Part shown: positions 54,654-63,368 of the stretch, piece after piece
Position numbering within the stretch: position 1 is the first letter of the stretch
Layout of the letters: each line of letters begins with the position of its first letter
DNA from: a bacterium
GTDB lineage: Bacteria; Patescibacteriota; Minisyncoccia; Phycocordibacterales; UBA9973
Assembly: GCA_037127795.1 (NCBI GenBank)
Contig: JBAXXQ010000002.1
Span: 11 to 64,010, forward strand
DNA length: 64,000 nt
Reading direction: 5' to 3'
Position numbers and translations under genes: made by a program
The notes under the pieces: generated by a model
What the model was told of the DNA's origin: nothing
The model's database searches: none
Seen by the model: the letters and a program-made list of their open reading frames with translations, nothing else

Positions 54654-55670
54654 ATGAAACAATATACTTTTCACATAACAGGCACTCATTGCGCATCATG
54701 TAAAATCTTGATAGAAGATATTTTGCAAGAAAATACAGATATACAAAAATCGAGTGTACATATCAAAAAAGAAATACTTTCTATTGATACAGATAGTGAC
54801 AAAACTCCTGAAGAAATTATTTTTGATATAAATCAAAAAATACAACAGCACGGCTATGTGGTATCTCTTGAAAAACCTCTCGCACTACAAGACAAAAAAC
54901 AATACGAAATACTTTGGACAGCTATCCCTATAGGGCTTGTATTTTTAGTGTTATTTTTTATGTTACAAAAGTCAGGTATTTTGAATCTTGGTATTGGGGG
55001 TACGACAACACCGAGTACTAGTTTTATAATTGGGCTTATTGCGTCTGTTTCAAGCTGTCTTGCTATTGTGGGTGGCTTGATACTTTCTCTTTCTACAAGT
55101 CTTGCACAAGATGAAAAAGAAAACACAAAAAGAGCTGTTGTGTTATTTCATGTAGGACGAATTATTGGCTTTGGATTACTTGGGGGGCTACTTGGAATGA
55201 TAGGGGGTGTTATAGGTATTAGTTTTACTTTTTCTGCAATACTAGGGCTTATTGCAGCTAGTATTATGATAGTACTCGGACTCAATCTTATCGGAGTATT
55301 TAGAAAAAGCAGTATCACACTACCTGCTGGTATATTTACTTATTTTAGAAAAATAGAACACACCTCTATTGCGCCCATTGTGATAGGGGTAGGAACATTT
55401 TTCTTGCCATGTGGGTTTACTCAATCAATGCAATTCGCAGCACTTTCGAGCGGATCGTTTTTGGGAGGAATGGGGATTATGCTCGGTTTTGCTTTAGGGA
55501 CATTGCCGGTTTTGAGTATGTTGTCATTTAGTTCTGTAGGGTTTGCAAAATCAAAACATGCGCCATTGTTTTTTGCATCAGCAGGAGTAGTGGTTATAGG
55601 ATTGGGATTGTTTGCACTACTTGCAGGACTCGCTGGTCTCGGTATTATTAGTCCATTATTTACTATATAA
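54654..55670 (+). CDS. HMA-domain-fused polytopic membrane protein (DsbD_2/CcdA- or TauE-like core with 7 TM)
   Basis: The N-terminal HMA domain reads GTHCASCKILIE. Seven hydrophobic segments with Gly-rich helices and a membrane-embedded LPCG motif. It starts 3 nt after copA. Confidence 0.5.
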   Translation: MKQYTFHITGTHCASCKILIEDILQENTDIQKSSVHIKKEILSIDTDSDKTPEEIIFDINQKIQQHGYVVSLEKPLALQDKKQYEILWTAIPIGLVFLVLFFMLQKSGILNLGIGGTTTPSTSFIIGLIASVSSCLAIVGGLILSLSTSLAQDEKENTKRAVVLFHVGRIIGFGLLGGLLGMIGGVIGISFTFSAILGLIAASIMIVLGLNLIGVFRKSSITLPAGIFTYFRKIEHTSIAPIVIGVGTFFLPCGFTQSMQFAALSSGSFLGGMGIMLGFALGTLPVLSMLSFSSVGFAKSKHAPLFFASAGVVVIGLGLFALLAGLAGLGIISPLFTI

Positions 55671-55677
55671 TATTTGT

Positions 55678-56070
55678 ATGGAGAAAAAAGCTAGTATGAT
55701 TTTAATATCAGGTTTTGTTATCGGTCTCGGTATTATTTTTATGTATCGAGGGGGTGGGGTACAAAATACTCCGACAAATACTAATGCAGTAGTTGTAAAA
55801 GATGGTGTGCAATATATCACTATACACGCAGGTGGCGGCTATAGTCCTAAAGAATCTACTGCACAAGCAGGTATCCCTACGAAGCTTGTAGTACAAACAA
55901 ATGGCGCATACGACTGCTCATCTGCACTTGTAATACACTCGCTCAATTATCAAAAAATGCTCCCTCAGATAGGCACAGAGACTATAGATGTAGGTATTCC
56001 AAAAGCTGGTGTTCCACTCCGCGGGGTATGTGGTATGGGTATGTATAGCTTTGTGGTGAATTTTAAATAA
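55678..56070 (+). CDS. Small membrane-anchored beta-rich putative metal-binding protein (cupredoxin/EfeO-like?)
   Basis: N-terminal TM followed by a ~100-aa soluble domain containing C...VCGMGMY. It lies in the cop cluster. The fold assignment is weak. Confidence 0.35.
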   Translation: MEKKASMILISGFVIGLGIIFMYRGGGVQNTPTNTNAVVVKDGVQYITIHAGGGYSPKESTAQAGIPTKLVVQTNGAYDCSSALVIHSLNYQKMLPQIGTETIDVGIPKAGVPLRGVCGMGMYSFVVNFK

Positions 56071-56090
56071 TAAGAGTATACTGTGTCTTT

Positions 56091-56540
56091 ATGGTGCAGG
56101 TTTTGTTTCCTAGAAATGCGTACGCAAAACACCTAACTTGTTTAAAAAACTCTTGTGCTTTTTGTACCGAAGGTGGAGAGCTTTTAATTAAAAGATTTCA
56201 ATATTGGGATTGGATATATTCAAAATTCCCATATAGAAAATTCCATACACTTCTTATACCAAAGCGACATATAACACGGTTTGAAGAATTACAAACAGAA
56301 GAGCTTTTTGAACTTAGTAGTATTCTCAAAGAAGTAGAGCATAGATATATAGATGCGCATATTGTGAGTGAAGATTCTGTGTATGGTGATCAAATGTATT
56401 TTTGTTGGAGGTCTCGTTTTGTACCCAAGGAGAAAAAATCAGTAGAGCATTTTCATTTACATATTTGTCCTAAGTTTGAAATACAGCAGGGAATTATTCT
56501 CGAAGACGACGCGTGGGATATTGAGATAGGGGTTTTGTAG
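56091..56540 (+). CDS. HIT-family hydrolase
   Basis: Histidine triad HFHLHICP near the C-terminus. Confidence 0.6.
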   Translation: MVQVLFPRNAYAKHLTCLKNSCAFCTEGGELLIKRFQYWDWIYSKFPYRKFHTLLIPKRHITRFEELQTEELFELSSILKEVEHRYIDAHIVSEDSVYGDQMYFCWRSRFVPKEKKSVEHFHLHICPKFEIQQGIILEDDAWDIEIGVL

Positions 56541-56616
56541 GAATAATATAGTGTGAGATTTCGTCACCCAGTAGGCGATTCTGCTGAATCGCGAATTACT
56601 AAGTTTTTTAGTATTG

Positions 56617-56703
56617 CGGAGGATGTGAGATTCGAACTCACGGGGCCGATTAAAGCCCGACGGTTTAGTAAACCGTTGATTTAAACCACTCATCCAATCC
56701 TCC
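56617..56703 (-). tRNA. Type-II (long variable arm) tRNA with discriminator G73, most consistent with tRNA-Ser. The anticodon loop reads UUACUAA, giving an apparent ACU anticodon (unusual).
   Basis: The - strand reads ggaggat-tg-gat-gagtggtttaa-atc-a-acggt-ttactaa-accgt-cgggctttaatcggcccc-gtgag-ttcgaat-ctcac-atcctcc-g. This gives a 7-bp acceptor, a 3-bp D stem, an 18-nt variable arm and a canonical TTCGAAT T-loop. The T-loop is canonical only on the - strand. Confidence 0.65.
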
Positions 56704-56748
56704 AGATCGTATTGGTTTAGGATACGACTTCGCTACTATAGCAAAAAT

Positions 56749-57261
56749 TTAGTTGAGTTTCAATAGTTTGAGAACGAGCACTGCGACAGGGTCTGCACTT
56801 GGTCCATATACCATAACCCCACCGAGAAGTCCTGTTATAGAGATTGCAATAAGTCCAAGGAATGCAAGGATTCCAGATACTACCTTTCCTCCAAAAAAGG
56901 CTTGGTACCAGTTGAGTATTTTTTGTACAAAATTACTTTGTATTTTTACCAACATATTTTTTTCTTGTAATGTTGCAATAATTTCTACTACGAGAAGTAC
57001 TATATATATGATAGTCGCAAGACCAGCAAAATTTGAATGAGCTTCTACAATACTACGCACTGGTCTGAATACGTGCTCTGCTGCATCACCAGTTTGTAAT
57101 GCAATAAATGCACCAAGGACACCGATAGTAAGAGTGATCCGTTCTATATCACGCCATGTGATAGAAGGAAAATACTTTTTTGTAGGAAGTAATTTGATAA
57201 TTGAATATATAAAAAGTAATGCGATCGGGAAGTGTACGAACAGTGGGTGAATATTTGTCAT
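56749..57261 (-). CDS. DUF2231-like integral membrane protein
   Basis: The N-terminus HPLFVHFPIALLFIY is characteristic of DUF2231-type membrane proteins. 170 aa with 4-5 TM. Confidence 0.4.
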   Translation of the reverse strand: MTNIHPLFVHFPIALLFIYSIIKLLPTKKYFPSITWRDIERITLTIGVLGAFIALQTGDAAEHVFRPVRSIVEAHSNFAGLATIIYIVLLVVEIIATLQEKNMLVKIQSNFVQKILNWYQAFFGGKVVSGILAFLGLIAISITGLLGGVMVYGPSADPVAVLVLKLLKLN

Positions 57262-57327
57262 ATGTATCAGTATAGACTACATATAGGCTTCCGGGCAATA
57301 AATCTATATTTATGGCATAATCAATAT

Positions 57328-59076
57328 ATGAAAGGAAATGGTGCTCCACAAACAGAACAAAAGAAAATAAGCGTATTTAGTGTGCTCGGTGGGTATAAAA
57401 AAACCATCGTTTTTTTGATACTACTTACCCTTGTAGGGAATGCGTTGACATTGTTTGTACCAAAATTTATTGCAAAAAATATTGATGCATATACTGCAGG
57501 TGTTTTTGATATGCATGCTGCTGTCTGGGAATTTATTTTTGTTTCTATTGGGGTATTTGTGTTTACCTATATACAGAGTGTTGTGCAGACATATGCATCA
57601 GAGCGAGTTGCAAAAGATTTGCGAAGAAAAGTAGTACAAAAAATATCTGAACAAAACTACGCATATATTCAAAAAAAAGATCCTGCAAAACTCCTCACAG
57701 TACTTACTTCAGATATTGATTCGGTGAAATTGTTCGTCTCTCAAGCTATTGTTTCTATTGTGTCATCATTTGCGGTGATTGTGGGTGCTGCGATATTACT
57801 TATTTCTATACATTGGAAATTGGGATTGGTGGTGCTGTGCGTGATACCTGTTATTGCTACGGTATTCTTTTTTATATTTTCAAAAATACGAGTACTGTTT
57901 TTGCGCACGAGAGAGATTGTCGACAAACTCAACAAGGTCATCAATGAAAGTATTCTTGGTGCTGCGCTTATTCGGGTAGTTCATGGTGAGCACGCAGAAT
58001 ACAAAAAATTCTTTACGGTAAATACTGAAGCAAAAAATACCGGTCTTAGTATTTTGAAATTGTTTGCGTCGCTTATCCCGCTTATTACATTTGTCTCAGG
58101 GCTTGGGACTATTGCAATTGTTGCATTAGGAGGACATTTTGTAATTATCGGTACTATGTCACTTGGGCAATTTACGGCGTTTTATACATATCTTGCAATG
58201 CTTATTTTCCCAATACTTATTATTGGGTTTATGAGTAATATTATTGCGCAAGCAAGTGCTTCGTATACGCGTATTGCTTCAGTACTTGATTCTGCAGAGC
58301 CTGTAAAAACTGATGGTATCATTGCTCCTATTGTAGGCTCTATAGAAGTACAAGATGTATCTTTGGTATTGCGCGATACTACTATATTGCAAAACATTTC
58401 TTTTTCTGTGAAAAAAAATACCCGTACTGCTATTATTGGTCCGACTGCTGCAGGGAAGACACAATTGCTCTATATGCTCAGTGGGCTTATACAGCCAACG
58501 AGTGGGAGTATTTTGTATGGCAATACGCCGATAGATGCATACGATATGCAAAGTTTTCATTCACAAGTAGGTCTTGTATTTCAAGATAGTGTTATTTTTA
58601 ATACTACTATACGCGAAAATATTGCATTCAATACATCAGTCACCGAAGAGAGTTTATTGCGCGCAATACAAACCGCAGCATTGGAAGATTTTATAGATGC
58701 ATTACCAGAAAAGTTATATACCGTTATTTCTGAGCGCGGATCAAATCTTTCTGGAGGGCAGAAGCAACGTATCATGCTTGCTCGAGCTCTTGCGACAAAC
58801 CCATCTGTGCTTTTGCTCGATGATTTTACGGCACGTGTAGATATAGAAACAGAGCGTACTATTTTGCAAAATATAAAACATAACTACCCAGATCTTACGC
58901 TTATTTCTGTGACGCAAAAAATTGCACCAGTCGAAGAGTATGATGCAATTATTCTTTTGATGGAAGGAGAGCTTATCGCTACAGGGACACATGAGCAATT
59001 GCTCGCAGTCGTTCCAGAATATGCCCAATTGTACGATACACAACAATCAACACAACAATATGAATTACAAACTTAA
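57328..59076 (+). CDS. ABC transporter permease/ATPase fusion (MsbA/multidrug-exporter type), subunit 1 of a probable heterodimer
   Basis: Six-TM exporter domain, Walker A GPTAAGKT, signature LSGGQKQR and Walker B LLLDD. The start was set to MKGNGAPQ (ATG at 57328). Confidence 0.8.
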   Translation: MKGNGAPQTEQKKISVFSVLGGYKKTIVFLILLTLVGNALTLFVPKFIAKNIDAYTAGVFDMHAAVWEFIFVSIGVFVFTYIQSVVQTYASERVAKDLRRKVVQKISEQNYAYIQKKDPAKLLTVLTSDIDSVKLFVSQAIVSIVSSFAVIVGAAILLISIHWKLGLVVLCVIPVIATVFFFIFSKIRVLFLRTREIVDKLNKVINESILGAALIRVVHGEHAEYKKFFTVNTEAKNTGLSILKLFASLIPLITFVSGLGTIAIVALGGHFVIIGTMSLGQFTAFYTYLAMLIFPILIIGFMSNIIAQASASYTRIASVLDSAEPVKTDGIIAPIVGSIEVQDVSLVLRDTTILQNISFSVKKNTRTAIIGPTAAGKTQLLYMLSGLIQPTSGSILYGNTPIDAYDMQSFHSQVGLVFQDSVIFNTTIRENIAFNTSVTEESLLRAIQTAALEDFIDALPEKLYTVISERGSNLSGGQKQRIMLARALATNPSVLLLDDFTARVDIETERTILQNIKHNYPDLTLISVTQKIAPVEEYDAIILLMEGELIATGTHEQLLAVVPEYAQLYDTQQSTQQYELQT

Positions 59077-60829
59077 TACACAAAAAAATATTGTTGGTGA
59101 GAAAAAAAGTTTTTTCCAAACTATGCGCGGGCTTCGTCCGCTTGTTGAAGGTCAAGAAAAACGTCTCGGCATTGCAATCGTTGCGATTGTGGTGAACTCA
59201 GCAATAAACCTTTCTGCGCCATTGCTTATTGGGTACACTATAGATACCTATATAACTCACAAAAATATGCATGGAGTATATATCTCTGCATTTGTTTTGC
59301 TCGGTATGTATATTGTCGCTTTGGGGACGAGCTATCTGCAGACGACACTCATGGGTCAGGTAGGGCAAAGATTGTTATTTAATTTGCGTAATAATATTTT
59401 TAATAAATTACAAGAACTTCCTATTGCATTTTTTAATCAAAATAAAGCAGGAGATCTCATTTCTCGTATAAACAATGATACTGATAAATTGAACGCATTT
59501 TTCTCGCAATCATTGGTGCAATTTATGGGAAGTCTTTTTGTTATGCTCGGTGCAGGTATTGCAGTACTTTGTATAAATTGGAAATTGGGATTGTTTGCAT
59601 TGTTGCCAGCGATAATAATGTTTGTCCTTACGAGAGGGCTCTCAGTTTGGGTAAAACAAAGAAATGCGAAAAGTCTTGCGAGTGTAGGTGATCTCAGTGC
59701 TGAGATACAAGAAAGTATTGAAAACTTTAAGGTGGTTATTACTGCACATAGACAAGATTATTTTGTAAAAAAATTTGATGCGGTAAATAAAGTAAACTAC
59801 GCGACGGCGATATCTGCAGGTATTGCAAACAATATTTTTATCCCGCTCTATGGACTCGCTGCAAACATTGCACAAATAATAGTACTCGCATATGGGATAT
59901 ATCTCATCTCGCTCGGGCATTTTACTGTCGGACTTTTGGTAAGCTTTTTCTCATATGTAACAAATTTTTATAACCCATTGCGACAACTCGCAGCACTCTG
60001 GGGGAACTTCCAAGTAGCACTTGCGGGCTGGGATCGCGTGTCTGCAATTCTTGCATTGGATACAGATCTTGTTGTTGCACCAGCTGATACACATATGCAC
60101 AAAGGCAATCTCGGGGTGCTTCATTTTGATCATGTACATTTTAGGTATGCAGATGGTGCGGTAGTGCTTCGTGATGCGACATTTACTTTAGAGCAAGGTA
60201 AAACATATGCATTGGTAGGGCCGACAGGAGGAGGAAAAACAACGACTGCTATGCTCATGGCGAGATTGTATGATCCGACAGATGGGGAAGTATTTTTGCG
60301 CGGAGTAAATATCAAAACCATATCTCCAGAAGAGCGTACAAAAAGTATTGGATTTATTTTGCAAGAACCGTTCCTATTTTATGGTACACTGGCAGAAAAT
60401 ATAGTATATGGAAATACAGAGTATAAAAATTATACTCATGAAATGTTATTGGAAAAATTGGACGATATGGGTCTTACCGATCTTATTGCACGTTTTGAAA
60501 AAGGTCTTGATACGCATATCAATAATATGAGCGAAAGTATCAGTCTCGGACAAAAACAAATTATTTCTTTTGTACGAGCAATTTTACGCAACCCTGATGT
60601 TTTGATTCTCGATGAAGCAACTGCAAATATAGATACCGTGACAGAAGAATTGTTGCAATCTATTTTACAAAAATTACCAGCAAAAACTACACGTATTGTG
60701 ATAGCACACAGACTACATACTATCGCAAATGCTGACGAAATATTTTTTGTTAATAATGGATCAATTGTTGCTGCTGGGTCTATGGAGCACGCGCTCGATA
60801 TGTTGCTCCATGGGAAGCGAACGAGTTAA
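59060..60829 (+). CDS. ABC transporter permease/ATPase fusion, subunit 2 of the heterodimer
   Basis: TM exporter domain, Walker A GPTGGGKTT, signature SLGQKQ and Walker B ILDEAT. It overlaps the upstream gene by 17 nt. The start at MNYK is uncertain. Confidence 0.8.
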   Translation: MNYKLNTQKNIVGEKKSFFQTMRGLRPLVEGQEKRLGIAIVAIVVNSAINLSAPLLIGYTIDTYITHKNMHGVYISAFVLLGMYIVALGTSYLQTTLMGQVGQRLLFNLRNNIFNKLQELPIAFFNQNKAGDLISRINNDTDKLNAFFSQSLVQFMGSLFVMLGAGIAVLCINWKLGLFALLPAIIMFVLTRGLSVWVKQRNAKSLASVGDLSAEIQESIENFKVVITAHRQDYFVKKFDAVNKVNYATAISAGIANNIFIPLYGLAANIAQIIVLAYGIYLISLGHFTVGLLVSFFSYVTNFYNPLRQLAALWGNFQVALAGWDRVSAILALDTDLVVAPADTHMHKGNLGVLHFDHVHFRYADGAVVLRDATFTLEQGKTYALVGPTGGGKTTTAMLMARLYDPTDGEVFLRGVNIKTISPEERTKSIGFILQEPFLFYGTLAENIVYGNTEYKNYTHEMLLEKLDDMGLTDLIARFEKGLDTHINNMSESISLGQKQIISFVRAILRNPDVLILDEATANIDTVTEELLQSILQKLPAKTTRIVIAHRLHTIANADEIFFVNNGSIVAAGSMEHALDMLLHGKRTS

Positions 60830-60831
60830 TT

Positions 60832-61386
60832 ATGATACACCTTTTACTTACCTATAAATATATAATCCTTATCCCACTAGCAATTATTGAGGGTCCTATT
60901 GTGACTATACTTGCTGGGTTTTTGGTGACTCTTGGTGTTATGAATCCGTTTATTATTTATCCGATAATGGTTGTAGGGGATGCTGTAGGGGACGGGCTTA
61001 TATATTATGTTGGCTATACAGGGAAAAAACTTCTTTCTTTTTTTAAGGTAGATGATGCGAAGCTGGTACGTGCAAAAAAATATTTTGCAGACAATCACCA
61101 CAAAGCAATCACTATGTCGAAACTTATTCATGGTATTGGGTTTGTGGGGCTTATTGCTGCAGGTGCGACACATGTGCCATATAAAAAATATTTTACTACG
61201 TGCATACTTATTTCTATGGTGCAGTCTTTTGTAATGCTTGCTATAGGAATATTATTTGGACACGCATATATAACAATAGAAAAATATTTGAATACCTATG
61301 CAGCAGTAGTAAGTAGTATTGGTATTATCGTAGTAGCTGTTGTAGTATTAAAAAAATATGTATTTAAACCCAAAATAATATTATGA
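60832..61386 (+). CDS. DedA/SNARE-associated (TVP38) family membrane protein
   Basis: Reads LIPLAIIEGPIVTILAGFLVTLG....VVGDAVGDGLIYYVGY, the DedA consensus. Confidence 0.6.
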   Translation: MIHLLLTYKYIILIPLAIIEGPIVTILAGFLVTLGVMNPFIIYPIMVVGDAVGDGLIYYVGYTGKKLLSFFKVDDAKLVRAKKYFADNHHKAITMSKLIHGIGFVGLIAAGATHVPYKKYFTTCILISMVQSFVMLAIGILFGHAYITIEKYLNTYAAVVSSIGIIVVAVVVLKKYVFKPKIIL

Positions 61387-62570
61387 AACAGGAAAAAAGA
61401 AAACTACATATTGCAATGATCTGTGACCCGATAGGGAGTAATAAATCTGGTGTTGTAATGTCTACGTTGCGATTTTCGAAACTACTTACCGATCGCGGAC
61501 ACCATGTGATCTTTATTGCAGCAAATTCAGATGAGCACAAAAAATACAGTATTCACAATGGTGTATATACCTATAGATTCCGTAGTCTGCCAGTACCAAA
61601 ATCTGGTGGATGGAATCTCGCATTTCCAACTGTCGCAGAATTGAAAAAAGTTTTTATCGATGAAAAAATCGATGTAGTACATATTATTTTGCCGATGTCG
61701 GGAGCTATAGTTGCTATCAAGGCAGCACGTGCATTGGGGATAAAAATTGTCGCGCACTCACATTCACAACCAGAAAATCTTTTTATGGATGCGCCAAAGT
61801 TTTTGCAACCAACACTCAACAAAACTTGGAACAAATATCTCGCCTGGCTATATAGCAAGTCTGAAGCGCTTATTTATCCAACAGAAATGGCAAAAAGTTT
61901 GTTGCACGGTTTAGGAAAAAAAGACCACACCGCAGTAGTGATTAGTAATGGTATTCATACGCAAGAATTTCAACCATTGCCTGTAGGAGACTTTTTTACT
62001 CGATACAATATCCCTGAAGAAAAAATAAAATTAGTTTTTGTTGGAAGATTATTTCCAGAAAAATCCGTTGATACTTTGATACGAGCAATCCCTCATATAT
62101 TGCAAAAGCATACCAATATGCACGTGCTTATTGTGGGAGGTGGACATTTGCGTGAAAAATTGGAAGCTATAGCGCGAGAGCTTGGTGTAATAGAATATAT
62201 AACATTTCTCGGGCTGGTGAGCGAAACAGACAAGATACATGCATACAATGCAAGTGATATTTTTGTCCTACCATCGCTTGCAGAGCTCGAAGGTATGGTG
62301 GTACTTGAGGCTATGGCATGTGGTAAGCCGATACTTATTGCAGATGCACCAATGAGTGCGTCGAGATATTTTGTAGATGGTAATGGATTTTTATTTGCGC
62401 ACAAAAATCCCGTGCATCTCGCCGAGCAAGCATTACAATTGATTCTTGATGAAAAATTGAGAAAGACTATGGGGGAGAGAAGTTTAGAAAATAGTAAGAA
62501 TTTTGATATTATGAAAAGTGTTGAACAGCTTGAAGATGTGTACTATCTTGCATTGAATCATCATGACTGA
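61383..62570 (+). CDS. GT4-family glycosyltransferase
   Basis: The C-terminal GT-B motif reads VLPSLAELEGMVVLEAMACGKPIL, with an E..E-type signature. Confidence 0.75.
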   Translation: MKQEKRKLHIAMICDPIGSNKSGVVMSTLRFSKLLTDRGHHVIFIAANSDEHKKYSIHNGVYTYRFRSLPVPKSGGWNLAFPTVAELKKVFIDEKIDVVHIILPMSGAIVAIKAARALGIKIVAHSHSQPENLFMDAPKFLQPTLNKTWNKYLAWLYSKSEALIYPTEMAKSLLHGLGKKDHTAVVISNGIHTQEFQPLPVGDFFTRYNIPEEKIKLVFVGRLFPEKSVDTLIRAIPHILQKHTNMHVLIVGGGHLREKLEAIARELGVIEYITFLGLVSETDKIHAYNASDIFVLPSLAELEGMVVLEAMACGKPILIADAPMSASRYFVDGNGFLFAHKNPVHLAEQALQLILDEKLRKTMGERSLENSKNFDIMKSVEQLEDVYYLALNHHD

Positions 62571-63366
62571 ATATTTTTTGAATAATGAAATATCATATCG
62601 TACCAATAGTTTTGTAAAGGATAGAAAAACTATAGTGTTTGTGCACGGGCTTTCTGGGTCATGTTCTGCGTGGTATCCATACGAGCCTTTTTTTGAGCAA
62701 GAATATAATATTGTAATGTATGATATTCGAGGGCATGGGAATTCAAAAAAGTATCCTTTATATACTGATTATGAAATACATAGTTTTGCCCAAGATTTAC
62801 AAAAACTTTTAGACTACCTCGAAATACAACAGTGCATCATGGTGAGTAATTCTTTTGGTACTCTTATTGCACTCGAGTTTATAAAAGAAAATCAAGATAG
62901 AGTAATAGGTAATATCCTCACTTCACCAATCATATACCTCAATGAAGAACCTTCTGCAACATACATGCGAGGATTTCTTGACATACTCACATCAATACTC
63001 GGACTATTCCCGTTTCAAAGTAAACCTCGCGGACGAGTGGATTATGCGAAACACAAAAATTCTACTGATTGGGATATACGAAGAAATCTCGCAGATATGA
63101 GAAATACGACACTTCGCGCGCATATGCATACACTCCGCCAATCATTGGTTTTGGGACAGGAGTATTTTGTAGAAAAAATATCTATACCGACTATCATCAT
63201 GCATGGAGAAAAAGACTCTATGGTGCCGTACAAAAACGCAGTATTACTTGCACAAAAAATCCCCCATGCAGAATTTATTTCAATACCCAATATAGATCAC
63301 AATACCGCCCATAATGCAGTCGGTACAATAGTAGCGGCTATAAAGAAAATGTGTAGTACACTATAG
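62563..63366 (+). CDS. Alpha/beta-fold hydrolase
   Basis: HGLSGS oxyanion region, the nucleophile elbow VSNSFG and the C-terminal His DHNTAH. Confidence 0.65.
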   Translation: MTEYFLNNEISYRTNSFVKDRKTIVFVHGLSGSCSAWYPYEPFFEQEYNIVMYDIRGHGNSKKYPLYTDYEIHSFAQDLQKLLDYLEIQQCIMVSNSFGTLIALEFIKENQDRVIGNILTSPIIYLNEEPSATYMRGFLDILTSILGLFPFQSKPRGRVDYAKHKNSTDWDIRRNLADMRNTTLRAHMHTLRQSLVLGQEYFVEKISIPTIIMHGEKDSMVPYKNAVLLAQKIPHAEFISIPNIDHNTAHNAVGTIVAAIKKMCSTL

Positions 63367-63368
63367 AT

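Noticed and set aside
56617-56703. Reading the tRNA at 56.6 kb on the + strand
   Set aside because: Only the - strand gives a canonical TTCGAAT T-loop, a GTGAG/CTCAC T-stem and an 8-9 region consistent with a cloverleaf. The + strand orientation would put an A at T54 and has no D-arm.
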